Source: Mobula hypostoma (Eukaryota). Taken from it: a DNA stretch of 64,000 nt. Below, piece by piece: positions 36,471-48,867 of the stretch. Numbering within the stretch: the first letter of the stretch is position 1; each line of letters begins with the position of its first letter. The translations under genes were made by a program, and so were the position numbers. The notes beneath the pieces are model-generated. The model ran no database searches, was not told where the DNA came from, and was given only the letters and a program-made list of their open reading frames with translations. The stretch is taken from assembly GCF_963921235.1 (NCBI RefSeq), contig NC_086109.1, positions 3,846,001 to 3,910,000 of the forward strand, given 5' to 3'.

Positions 36471-39400
36471 CCGATCCAGCTGTCATGGGAGTTCAGTCGA
36501 CATGTTCTGAAATGACCCAGCACACAGAACACAAGTCGGCACTATAGAGTGCAGACACTGGATTCTGGGGCAACAGAAAACTACTCCAGCAGGTGAAGGA
36601 GCATCTGTTGGTTGAATGGGCAGTACTCCCACACTCCCCTCCCACTGGGACCCCTAGCTCTCTATTTCCATCTACCCTCCCCACTTCCCTTGTTTGATCC
36701 CATGCTCCACCTTCCTCTCCCATCAGATTCCAGCCGTTTGTCAACCCCACCCTTCAGCTCCCAGCCTTTGTCACTATTTCCACCTGCCCCCTCACCTGGA
36801 CCCACCCATCCTAGAGCAGTGTCTGGTGACGTGCAATGTATGTACTTTAATAAATTTATGAACTTTGTACATACAATAAGAACACAGCCTGAGCATATGC
36901 GTGCACAATAGATGCATTGTACAGATGCACATGTGTGTGTGGTGTATACCTGTGCATTGGTTGTGTACGTGTGTTGTACGTGTGGAGAAGATATTCTTTA
37001 CAGACACACTCTGCAATGTGCACATCATACTAAAACCATTGGCATGGTGAGGGGGTGAATGATTCTCTCGTGGGTGATCATGAACATAGACGAAGATCTA
37101 TAATGACAGAGACCTTTGCAATGACACAGACAGTAAAGGAGTGCAAATTCCCTGAAATGGGATGCAGCAATTGCCAAATTGTAGGAAGGAGTATTTCCTC
37201 ATATTGGTCTAATGGTGGTTGTCCATCATGTCCAGTGATGACAAGAAACCCATGCAGGAGAGTTTGAAAAGTGGGAAAGACGTTGCACTAGGGGGCAGTT
37301 CCACTCTCTCGACCTCAGAAGTCCGGGCCCAGCAGCACGAACAAACGTCCCAAACTGGGATCTTCCTTGGTTGCAGTGGATGACCATGACGTCTTCTGTA
37401 CGTTGTCTTGCCCTTTTCCCTCCACAGAGTGTTGCAGTACTGCCTTCCTATCCGTTGGATGTCACTGATGCTTTAACCATGTGTGAGGCACTTGTGAGGA
37501 AGAGTTTGATTAATATTTGTGGAGAAAAGCAAGTAGATTGCTGTAAAAATCAATCCACAGTATCTTCCTGTTTATGTTTAGTGGGGGAGGATGCCGTCTG
37601 TACCCGCTCTGACCCACATGATCCATGAAGGTCCGAGTAGGAATAGACCAGGGAAATAAATAGTCTTCACCCCAAGACGGCGAGCAAAATAAAACTCTCA
37701 GCACAGTTTGCTATTTTCAAAATATTTAATTTCCTGGCTTCATCAGCCCATAGAGAAAAGATTTACCCAGGATGCAGAAAGGAAAAGAAAACAGCATTTA
37801 GAAAATTATGCTTTAAAAAGCAGGACAAAAAATTAGCTTTATTTGTCACAGGGACTTCGAAACACAGAGTGAAATGTGTCGTATTTGTTTAATTAAGAAA
37901 CCCAGCAGGAATGGCAGGCTCCTCACCCCTACACTGATATCTTCCATCTGTAATTAATGTTTCAATGCCTGTGACTTTATTTTTACAGTTGCTCTTGAGA
38001 TAAATGAAGTGTGATAAATGGATGTTTTTGCACGGCACTCTGATAACATTCAAATCATTACTGGCACTGGCTTCCTCTGTCCTGTTCCTTCTCCGTATTC
38101 AGGTGTTTTTTAAAAACAATCTGCCCCGACCTCCGTGGGACACACTCGAACATCAGACTTTCTGTCAGCAGCCAGACTTCTTCCCCAACATCTACTTTTA
38201 CCTATCAGAGACAAATAATCCTGACAAAGCGGCAAGCTGTTCATTAAATCATCCCCACTTGGAGAAGGCCAACCTTCATCTTTCATTATTTCGTTCACAT
38301 GAGATTTGTCATGTTGTCACATGATCTATTAAGTCATGGAGTTAAGTCCGGTCAAGTTTATTGTCCTGTGCACCAGTATGGCAAGATACAAGAACAATGG
38401 AAAGTTCACAGACACCTAAGTATAGCCGACACACTGAGTATAAATTATAAAAGACCCTGAAGAAAAATACTGTATAACAAAGACTCTATTTATTTGTCTA
38501 TTTGTTTGTTTGTTTATTGAATTACAGTGCAGAACAGCCCTTTTGTCCTTTCAAGCTGCACCTCCCAACAATCCCCTATTCAGTCCTAGCCCAATCACAG
38601 GACAATTTACGAGGCTCAATTAACCTACCAGCTGGTACGTCTTTGGAGCAAACGAGAGCACCTGGAGGAAACCCACATGGTCACAGGGAGATCATACAAG
38701 CTCCTTACAGACAGCAGTGAGAATCAGACAAGTCCATACGATAGCGTAGTGTTTAGCACAATGCTATTACAGCTTGGGGTGTCAGAATTCAGAGTTCAAT
38801 TCCGGCCTCCTCTGTAGAAAGTTTGTATGTACTTCCAATGAGCATGAGAGTTTCTCCTTGGTGCTCTGGTTTCCTCCCACAGTCCAAAGATGTACTGGTT
38901 AGTAGGTTTCTTGTTCCTGTGATTGGGCTAGGATTAAGTCAGTGGGTTACTGAGTGGCACAGCTCATCGGCCAGAAGGGCCTGTTCTGCACTGTATCTCT
39001 AAAGTTAAAAACGTAGACGTGGACCGAAGTTGCCCGTCGCTGAGGTAGGGTTAGGGGTGTGTAGGATGGTCAGGCCAGTGAACCCTAGTCCGAGCGTACA
39101 GATGCCATCAGGGTGCAGGATGGAACATCGCATTTGGTGGCCCCTCCTCTCTGTCCACGTTTTCCGATGGGACATTCAGAATGGATTCCCTCGCCCTGAG
39201 GCAGACCTGAAGAACCTGTGAAAGGAGTCCAAGGAAAGACTATTGCTTGGCCCCCCGAGTGAGCGACCGGTCTCCCCTGCCGTGTGTGGTTTGCAATCAG
39301 TACGTAGGTTCATCCCACCGAGCTCCACCGACAGTGATTAATGAAGCCTTCTTCAATCCTCATTATTTGTGTAAGAAATGTAAACGTACTGAGCAGAGGT

Positions 39401-40992
39401 TTAAATTTTTTTTGCATGAGTCCTGGACATTAAAATTGAGGGCTTCTTGAATTTTGAATACAGATATTACTGACGCTCCCCAGCTCTAATTAACCTCCTG
39501 AGGGAAGTGAAGAATAAACAGGCCCATTTTACAAGAAGATAAAGCTTTCTGAATTTTCTCCCTAAATCAGCAAAATAATGGAATAAACGTGGTGATTAAT
39601 CTTGTGTTGTAACACGGCCTGTTTAACCCAGGTCACTTACAGCCAGAGCTTCTGCTATGCTAATAGTTTGTTCTCAGTTTTTCTCAGTTTATTCCAAATA
39701 ATTCAACAATGATTACTAAACATCAGTCTGAGAAATAACCACCAGTAGGAAACTGTGGAAAAAATTCTGTTATTTTTGTCCTTGGGGAGGCACGGCAGTG
39801 TAGAGGGGCATAACAGTTAACGTAACGCTTTAAAGCACCAGCAATCAGGTTCAATTTCCCCCACTGTCTATAAGGAGTTTGTACATTCTCCCCATGACTG
39901 CTGTACAACCATGATTATATTCTATCCTCGGATCACCCCTCCCAGCCACTCCCCCCAAAGCCATGAGGTGTCCTTCCAGCACATAATGTCTTCCATCTCC
40001 TTGTGCTGTTTCACTCTCTGACTATCCTGCCACAATTTAAGGCTCAAACCTTTGCCTTCTGACTTCTTAATGCCTGGTTTTGTTCAATAATTCAATGATT
40101 CTATTTAATATCAGAGAATGTATACAGTATACAACCTGAAATTCTTACTCTCCGCAGACATCCACCAAACAGAAGAAAAACACCAAAGAATGGATGACAG
40201 AAAATTGTTAGAACCCCAAAGTCCTCTTCTCCTTCCATGCGCAAACAATAGCAAAGCATCAACCCTTCCTCCCCCACACCCCCCACCTGCCTCAGCAAAA
40301 GTACCAGCCCCTCCACCACACACCATGCAAGCTCCCAAAGTGACCATGACCCAGATTCCATCAAAAAAAACACAACATAGATACTTCACCAGATGGAGAT
40401 TTCTGGGGAGACTTTGGAGTTGCTTAAACAAGATAGATAGGTAGACAAGGTAGATGAGAGTCTTTTTCCCAGGGTAGAAGTGTCAAGTACTAGAGGGTAT
40501 ATCTTTAACGTGAAATTAGAATTGATTTCCAAAGGTGCAGTGAAAAAAGACTTGTCCTACATAATATTCATTTAGATCAGATCATTACGCTGTGTATTGA
40601 GGTAGAACAAGGTAAAACAATAGCAGAATGCAGAATAAAGTGCAATAGCTACAGGCAGGCAATAAGATCATTACGAGGTAGATTGTTAGGGCAAAGGTCT
40701 ATTTTATCCAACTAGCGGTAAAAGATGCAAGATTTTTACACAAGTGTGGTTGGTGCCTGAAATGTGCTGCCAGGCAGCAGTGGAAACAGATATAGCAAGC
40801 CATAAGAAACATTTAGACCGTCATATGACCAGAAATGAAGGGATATGGACCACATGCGCGCAGGCAAGATTAGTTAAGTTGACATTATTATTTGTGCAGA
40901 AGGATCTTTCTGTCCTTTAAGTATGATACTTAAATTAAGTTGGTTAAAGTTGTGCTGATCTGTTGAACAGCCTGATAGTACTCTGTATGTAA

Positions 40993-41210
40993 ATGGTCCA
41001 TATCCCTCCATTCGTCTCTCTACACGCGGCCCGTATCCCTCCATTCCCAGTCTGTACACATGGTCATATCCCTCCATTCATCTCTACACATGGTCCATAT
41101 CCCTCCATTCGCCTCTACGCATGGTCTATATCCCTTCATTCCCTGTCTATACAGGGTCTATATCACTCCATTCCCTGTACATGGTCCATATCCCTCCATT
41201 TCCTAAGTCC
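40993..41210. repeat. Minisatellite, about 7 units of 29-34 bp
   Basis: Recurring ATGGTCCATATCCCTCCATTC core. Confidence 0.9.
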
Positions 41211-41807
41211 ACATCGTCTACATCCTCTACTCCTTGTCTGTTCATGTGCCGGTCACAGCAGAATTAATTCTGTAGTTCATTATTGGTTTAGTAACAATTG
41301 ACTCTGGACAATTATAACAGCTCACTGGGATTTGTCCATGGGCAATGGGGCAGAGAAATAAAGGTTAATTTAAATATAATAAACAGTTAAGTATTAAATC
41401 AATTACCTGGAAGTAATAATATAAATTATCAGTTTTTATAATTAGTTTCTGGGTGGTAGAATAGTCAGTTTCAGAAAAGTTAATTAATCTTCTGTAGATA
41501 AGAAATGCTTTGGCGTATCTAGTTATATTTTATGACACAGATCAATAATTGTCAGTCAATACTCGGCAGGTTAATTGGATTTGACCAGCATAGTTTAAAA
41601 ACATGAAGGGAGTGATATTCTGAATAAAATCAGACTCATTTAAGGGTTTATTAAAATGCACTGTTGGTGGGACTGTGCGTGACAGGATGTTGCAATCAAC
41701 ACTCGGGGCTGCATCAGAAACAGAGATTTGTTTTGTATTCCATTTAACCTTGGCTGCAAAGAGTTTTTCTTGGAGAGGTGAATGTCGAATTGTTGTGTTG
41801 TTGACAG

Positions 41808-41951
41808 GGACGGAACCTGCTTCCCCCTGCAGCTGGAGGAGCGAAGCTGAACTACACCGTGCTGATCGGGGACACGCCGTGCGCCGTCACTGTCTCTGAG
41901 ACACAGTTACTCTGTGAACCGCCCAACCTGAGCGGGCAGCTTCGCGTTCTG
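41808..41951 (+). CDS. PLXNA2: Plexin-A2 coding exon (last IPT/TIG), 144 bp
   Basis: ttgacAG acceptor, GTGAGT donor. Reads [48 protein letters not shown]. Phase 0-0; not translated in this frame in the ORF track. Confidence 0.96.
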
Positions 41952-42766
41952 GTGAGTAGTCCTGATGCTGTTAACTGTAGCATGCTTCTCCAGTCTAAAC
42001 CACTTTGAACAAGCAGGTTATATCTAATGGATTTCACATACCACCAGTCACAGCACTGCTCACATCCTACCAATCCATTATTCTTTATTTCTCACCAATC
42101 ACAGAGCTCCTCCGATCCCACCAGTCACATTGTTCCTCACTTCACACCAATCACAGTGAGCCTCGGGACTTCTTACAGTAGATCGGACAGAGTCTGTGGA
42201 GAGATGAATTGACTTTTGAGGACCAGATCTCTCTCCACAGATGCTGTCTGGCCTGCTGGGTGTTTCCAGAATTTTCTGTTTTTATTTCACACACATGCAG
42301 CATCTGCAGCTTTTTAACTTTCAGTCATCCCTTCACCCTCTTCCCCCTCTCCCTGTTCCTCCAGCAGAATCCATCACACCACCCTTTGGGCTTTTCTTCT
42401 TTCTCACCCACCAGCTGAACCCCTACCCCTCTCCTCTCACCCCTTCTTTACTGACCCATCCGGAGGGAAAGCCTCTCACTGGGGCAACAGATTGGGCTTC
42501 ATACACAGCGGGACACTTTGGGTCCCCATCACCGTAGGTTCTTGACCGAGCACTGGTCCCACTGCAGAACACTCTTTGGACTCACGCTGTCTGAACTTGA
42601 CAATAAACACAACTTGCACTGTAGCTGGAACCAATCTGTCACAGGCAGACATTGAATACGAAGTTGGAAAGTGCTCCTTGTCCCCAGTTGAATTGTGTTT
42701 GTTGGTTTTTGGTCTGAGTTTAGCCCTGGTGACAGGGTGTAACCCTCACTCTGTTATGTGCTCCAG

Positions 42767-43001
42767 GTACAAGTGGGCGGGTTACAGTTCTCACCAGGAA
42801 TGGTCTACATCCTGTCCGACAGCCTGCTCACTCTGCCGGCTATTGCCAGCATCGTGGCGGGGGGCACCCTGCTGCTAGTCATCGTGGTCATCGTTGTCAT
42901 TGCCTACAAGCGCAAGTCCAGGGAGAACGACCTGACCCTGAAGCGCCTGCAGATGCAGATGGACAACCTCGAGTCCCGGGTGGCCCTGGAGTGCAAAGAG
43001 G
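42767..43001 (+). CDS. PLXNA2: Plexin-A2 coding exon: transmembrane helix and juxtamembrane coiled coil, 235 bp
   Basis: ctccAG acceptor, GTAAGA donor. Reads [78 protein letters not shown]. The hydrophobic helix is followed by [13 protein letters not shown] is the A2-type variant as I recall it. Confidence 0.97.
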
Positions 43002-43444
43002 GTAAGAACCAGGCACAAGTCACCGAGGAAAAGCACAATTAAACGTCACTGCTTGAGTCCAGTGCAGGTGAGGTAGACGTACAAGGCTGCCTGACTGAGA
43101 AACCTTGCTAGGACTGACATTAGAGATTGGCTGTAGCTCCCCGGTTGGAGAGGAAAGCTGCCCATTTGAAAGGCAAAGTTCACCCAGATGCAAGCAGGAA
43201 GCTGGATGGGTCAGTGATAATCCTCCTAGTTGTGGACCCTCCAATGTGGGGCATCGAATTCACTCCTCATGTCACCAAATCGAACTTCCTGTCACAGCAA
43301 GGGTTCCCAGCCTTTTATGCCATGGAGCCTTACCATCACTGGAGGTGTCCATGAACCCTAGATTGGGGCCCCTGTCAGTTAGGTGCCATGCTGGAGCCAT
43401 TGTGGGTTCAGTTATGTGGTGCACGTTCTCAGAAGATGCTGGGA

Positions 43445-44720
43445 GTAGAATCAGATTCAGAATCAGAATCAGGTTTGGTATTACTGGGATATGTTGTGTA
43501 ATGTGTTGTTTGTGGTAGCAGTACAGTGCAATACATAATAAATACTATAAATTATCATTAGTATATATGCCTTATATATAAAGTTAAATTAAGTAAGTCA
43601 TGCAAAAAGAGAGCAAAAAATATCAGATGGTGTTTATGGGTTCAATGTCCATTCAGAAATCTGATGGCAGAGAGGAAGAAGCTGGTCCTGAAATATTGAG
43701 TGTGTGCCTTCAGGCTCCTGTCCCTCCTTCCTGATGGTATCAATGAGAATAGGGCATGTCCTGGGTAATGGGGGTCCTTAATGATGGATGCCACATTTTT
43801 TGAGGCACTGCCTTTTGAAGGTGTCCTGGATGCCGGGGAGGTTAGTACCCATGATGACTTTACAATTTTCTGCAGTTTTTTCCAATCCTGTGCAGTGGCC
43901 CCTCCATACCAGACAGTGATGCAACCAGTTCAATTGCTCTCCACAGTATATCTGTAGAAATCTGTGTGTCTTTGGTGACATACCAATTCTCCTCAAATTC
44001 CTAATGAAATATGGCCTCTGTAGTGCCTTCTTTGTAGCTGCATCAATATGTTGGGCTCAGTATAGTTCCTCAGACATATTGACATCTAGGAACTTGAAAC
44101 TGCAAAGCCTTTCCACTTCTGATCCTTCTATAAGGACTGATGTGTGTTCCCTTTACTTCCCCTTCCTGAAGTCCACAATACATTCCATGGTCTTACTGAC
44201 ATTGAGTGGAAGTTTGTTTCTGTGACGTCATTCAACCGGTTGATCTGTCTCGCTCCCGTACACCTCCTCGGCTCCATCTGAAATTTTGCCAACAATAGTG
44301 GTGTCATTGAGAAATTTAGAGATGGTGTTTGAGGTGTACTTAGCCACACAATCTTGGGTGTAGAGAGAGTAGAGCAGTGGGCTAAGCACACATCCTTAAA
44401 GTGCATGGTCAAAGTTATTTCCAATCTGTGCATACTGTGGTTTCCTAGTGAGGAAGTCAAGGATCCATTTGCAGAGGGTATAGAGGCCCAGGTTTTGAAG
44501 CTTGCTGCTGAGAACCGAGGGTATGATTGTGGTGAATGCTGAACTGTAATCAATAAACAGCAGCCTGATATAGGCATTACTATTGTCCAGGTGATCGAAG
44601 GCAGAGTGGATAGTCAAAGAGATTGCATCCACTGTAGACCAGTTGTGGTGATAGGCAAATTGTAGTAGGTCCAGCTCCTTCCTGAGACAGAAGTTGATCC
44701 TAATCATGACCAACCCCTCA
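43445..44720 (-). mobile_element. Rex1/Babar-like LINE, RT through 3' tail, degenerate
   Basis: [30 protein letters not shown] and LCKWILDFLT RT motifs with frameshifts. The 3' tail appears as (AATCAG)n at 43448-43472. Confidence 0.88.
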
Positions 44721-45229
44721 AAAGCTCTCTCCTTATTAGCTTGGAGAAGAAGTACAGCCAGGTGATTGAACTTTGTAAAGTGTGGGCATGGAATGGCTCA
44801 GTAAACCACGCGGATAGTGGTATAACTGTGGTCAAGTGTGTTGGCTCCTCTGGTTCCACATATTACTTATAAAGCAATAGAAAAATATGGCATGAAACCT
44901 GGCCCCTTGGTCCATCTAGTCTGTGCCAAACCATTTAAACGTTCTACTTCCATTGACCTGTATTGGGACCCTAGCTGTCTATACCCCTACCATCCATGTA
45001 CTTATCCAAACTTCTCTTACACGTTGAAATCAATCTTATTCCACACTCTCATGATCCTGAAGATGGTTCCCATCATGTTCCCCTTAAACTTTTCACCTTT
45101 CACCCTTAACCCATGACCTCTAGTTGTAGTATAGTACCACCTAACCTCAGTGGAAGAAGGCTGTTTGCATTTACCCTATCTATACCTCTCATAATATAAT
45201 CCAATCTAATCGAATAAATTATTTTTTTT

Positions 45230-45900
45230 TTAGATTATGAGGACATTTGGTCCTCATTTATTGTCATTTAGAAATGCATGCATTAAAAAATGATACAATG
45301 TTCCTCCAGAATGATATCACAAAAAAAAACAGGACAAACCAAGACTAAAACTGACAAAACCACATAATTATAACATATAGTTACAACCATGTAAAGCAAT
45401 ACCATAATTTGATAAAGAGCAGACCATGGGCACAGTACAAAAGAAAGTCTCAAAGTCCCGATCAACTCATCATCTAACGCAGGCGGCAGAAGAGAGAAAC
45501 TCTCCCTGCCATGGACCTCCAAGTGCCGACAACTTGCCGATGCATTGGAAGCACCCGACTGCAGCCGACTCTGAGTCCGTCCGAAAACTTCGAGCCTCTG
45601 ACCAGCCCCTCCGTTACAGCCTCTCTGAGCACCATCCTCTGCCAAGCGCTTCGACCCCGCCCCGGCCACCGAGCAACAAGCAAAGCCAAGGACTCGGGAC
45701 CTTCCCCTCCGGAGATTCTGGACCACACAGTAGCAGCAACAGCGAAGCAGGCATTTCAGAAGTTTCACCAGATGTTCCTCCGTGCTCTCACGTCCGTCTC
45801 CATCAAATCAGGATTGTGCACGGCACCCTACTTGACAAATAACAGACATCACCACCGGAGTGGCCGCTGCGAGCTGCGTCACGCCGCCATCTTCTCCTCC
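45230..45900 (-). mobile_element. ORF-less LINE-derived element (GC-rich 5' leader joined to AT-rich 3' UTR) nested in a CR1 fragment
   Basis: Minus strand begins GGAGGAGAAGATGGCGGCG, has a CpG-rich body and ends in a Rex1-like UTR with AATAAA. The host CR1 sequence (44870-46210) continues on both sides. Confidence 0.6.
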
Positions 45901-46593
45901 CTTTGTATATCTCTATCAGATCTCTGCTAATTCTTCTCTGTTCCAAGGAATAACATCCTAACCTATTCAATCTTTCCTTTTAACTCCAGTCCTCCAGTTC
46001 TGGCAACATCCTTGAAATCTTTCAAACTTATTTACATCTCTCCTGTAGGTAGCTGGCCAACACTACACAAAATACTCCAAATTATGACTCACCAATGTCT
46101 TATACAACTTCAACACAAAATGTACTTAATACTTTACGAAGATCAATGTGCCAAAAGCTTTCTTTATGACCTTATTTACCTGTGATGTCACTTTCAAGGA
46201 ATTGTGGACCTGAAAGTGACCCCTTTCCTCCCCCTTTATGAAGTCAGCCTACTTCATAAAGGGGGAGAGTTCCAGCAGTAAAATTCTTGAGCAGTTTTAC
46301 TCCTGGGGAAGGGTGGATTCTCCTGTTAGGTAAGTGTCCAAATTTCATGCATCTGGCAGAGGGTGGTGGGGGGGTGCTGGTGCTGTTATTGCTGTCTCTG
46401 GCAGGAATACAGAGTGTGCTGGCTCTCTGGTTCAGTTTGAACCCAGAACACTCCTGCACAGTACAGGCTCTTCAGCTTACGATGTTGTGCTGGGATCTTA
46501 GCTTGCTCTAAGATCAAACTAACCCATCCGTCCTACATATATCCCAATTCTTTTGTCATCCATGTGCTTCTCTGAGTCTCTTGAATGCCCCTA

Positions 46594-46907
46594 TGTATAT
46601 ATAGGCATTCGTTAGTCTCAGGAGACCATGGATTTGCGCCTTGGAAGGTTTCCAGGGCGCAGGCCTGGGCAATGTTGTATGGAAGACCAGCAGTTGGCCA
46701 TGCTGCAAGTCTCCCCTCTCCATGCCACCGATGTTGTCCAAGGGAAGGGCACTAGGGCCGATACAGCTTGGTACCGGTGTTGTCGCAGAGCAATGTGTGG
46801 TTAAGTGCCTTGCTCAAAGACACAACACGCTGCCTCAGCTGAGGCTCGAACTAGTGACCTTCAAATCACTAGACCGACGCCTTAACCACTTGGCCACGCG
46901 CCAACAC
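46594..46907 (-). mobile_element. Full-length tRNA-derived SINE with intact Pol III boxes and 10-bp TSD
   Basis: Minus strand has A-box TGGCCAAGTGG, B-box GTTCGAGCC, a CORE-like GTGTCTTTGAGCAAGGCACTTAAC segment and a (TA)n tail. AATGCCCCTA direct repeats at 46584-46593 and 46908-46917. Confidence 0.85.
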
Positions 46908-47164
46908 AATGCCCCTAAATGCCCCTAATCTAATCTAATATATCTGTCTCTATCAACATTCCTGGCCGGACATTCCATGAACCCACCACTCTCTGTGTAA
47001 AAAAACTTTCCTCTGAAATTCCCCTTATATTAAAGTTAAGATTCCTGGTATTCGCATTTCCACCTTAGAAAAATGTCTCTGGCTGTCCACACGATCTACA
47101 CCTCTTATCATCCAGATGCAGGAGGAACTCAGTAGGTCAAACAGCACCTATGGAAATGAATAAA

Positions 47165-47202
47165 CAGTCAACGTTTCGGGCCGAGACCCCTCTTCAGGAC
47201 TG
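47165..47202 (-). ncRNA. Second intact minimal hammerhead motif (antisense to the gene)
   Basis: Minus strand reads CAGTC-CTGAAGA-G-GGGT-CTCG-GCCC-GAAA-C-GTT-GACTG. A further, damaged copy lies at about 47495-47528 in the same orientation. Confidence 0.7.
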
Positions 47203-48354
47203 AGAAGGAATGGGGAAGGTGCCAGAATAGAAAGGTAGGGGAGGGGAAAGAGGCCAGACGGAAGGTGCAAAGGGTCGGAGAGCAGCAGAGATCACAAAGG
47301 GGGGGAGCAGTGAGAGAGGGTTTCACTGAACTCCCCTCAAAGAGATTTAAACTTCCACTGGGTAGGCATCCCTCGAAGAGACTTCATAGTGGAACAGCAA
47401 ATCGGAAACACAAGATAGACTGCAGATCCCGAGTAACACATGCAAAATGCCGGAGGAACTCAGCAGTTCAGGCGGTATCTATGGAAATGAATGAACAGTC
47501 AACATTTCGGGCCAAGACTCTCATCAGCTCATACACCTTCTTGCAGAAGGCATGAGCAGGTTTAAGATAGTGCTGTGACTGACACATTGTTAGTCTAATT
47601 TCCAAATTCCATGTTATCATTCACACCTTGGGGACAGCAGTGGCTGAAAATGGGAAATGGTGAAAGACAAGAGGCCTGACTGAAATTCCCATTGTCACCT
47701 TACAAATGGGCACTGGTGTTTGTATAATTACCGCACTGGGAGCACCTTTCATCACATCTCTGTTTCACAGTGGGCATCGAAGCAGTTACTTCACAGACTA
47801 ATCCCAGTTTGCACCGTCTCAGTAATCAATCAGAATGTGAGAGATTTGGTTTCCCTGAAAGGAACAGATGCTTTGGTTTAAAAGCAGAAAATAATGGAAA
47901 CTCTCTGTGGGTCAAAGACCATCTGTAGAACCATCTGACGTATCGAACGCTCTAGATTTTTACAGCATAGATCAGTACGGTACACACTCTTCAGCCAATG
48001 ATATTGTGCCAACCTTTTAACCCACTCTAAGATCAGTCCAACCCTCCCCTCTCACACAGCCCTCTGTTTTTCTCTCATCCCTGTGCGTATCTAAGATTCT
48101 CTTATAGGCTACTAATGTATCTGACTATACCACCGCCCCAGACACTCTCCACATAAAACACTTTGCTCTGACATCCACTCCTATACATACCATCAATCAC
48201 GTTAAATTTATGACGGCTGGTATTAACCGCATCCACCCTGCAAAAAAAATCTTTAGCTATGCACTCGATCTACACCTCTTGCCATCTTGTGCACCTCTAT
48301 CAAGTCTCCTCTCATCCTCTTTCACTCCTGAGAGAAAGGCCCAAGCTCTTTCAA

Positions 48355-48476
48355 CCTCTCCTCACGCTCTCTAAACCAGGCAGCATCCTGGTAAATCTCT
48401 GCACCCTCCCTCTCCTCACGCTCTCTAAACCAGGCAGCATCCTGGTAAATCTCTGCACCCTCCCTCTCCTCATGCT
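48355..48476. repeat. 54-bp tandem duplication inside a CR1 fragment
   Basis: CCTCTCCTCACGCTCTCTAAACCAGGCAGCATCCTGGTAAATCTCTGCACCCTC occurs twice exactly, plus a partial third start. Confidence 0.9.
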
Positions 48477-48867
48477 TTCTATAATGAGGCGACCAGCCCT
48501 GAACACAATACTCCAGGTGTGGTCTAACCAGGATTTTATATAGCTGCAACACTACCTCACGGCTCTTGAATTCAATCCCCCAACTAATGAAGCCCAATAC
48601 ACCATACACCTCTTAACCACCCGATCAATTGATATATGATTCCTTCTGGAATATTCTGTTGTAATTTCTGCTTTCCAATGTATACAGTTTTGTCTTTGAC
48701 TTCACAGTTGTTCAGAGTGTTGCAGGGACTGATACCTTCCTGGACCATAGGTCAGTATGTGTTGGACATCGTCATCAATCCCCTGCTGCCTCCCCCAGAC
48801 CCTTCCCCTCTGTGTGGGCTTTACACCAGAGAAATTACCTGAAGCCTCTTGAATTCCCCTGTGCAAC

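Noticed and set aside
40993..41210. CRISPR-like repeat-spacer array
   Set aside because: Units are contiguous degenerate tandem copies without unique spacers, in a vertebrate intron with no cas genes.
42185..42206. GGACAGAGTCTGTGG reading RTESV, like the next plexin exon
   Set aside because: Wrong position, a stop follows within two codons, and it lies in decayed Penelope-like repeat sequence.
46830..46907. tRNA gene
   Set aside because: A and B boxes are present, but it continues into a SINE body with tail and TSD and lacks a convincing acceptor stem.
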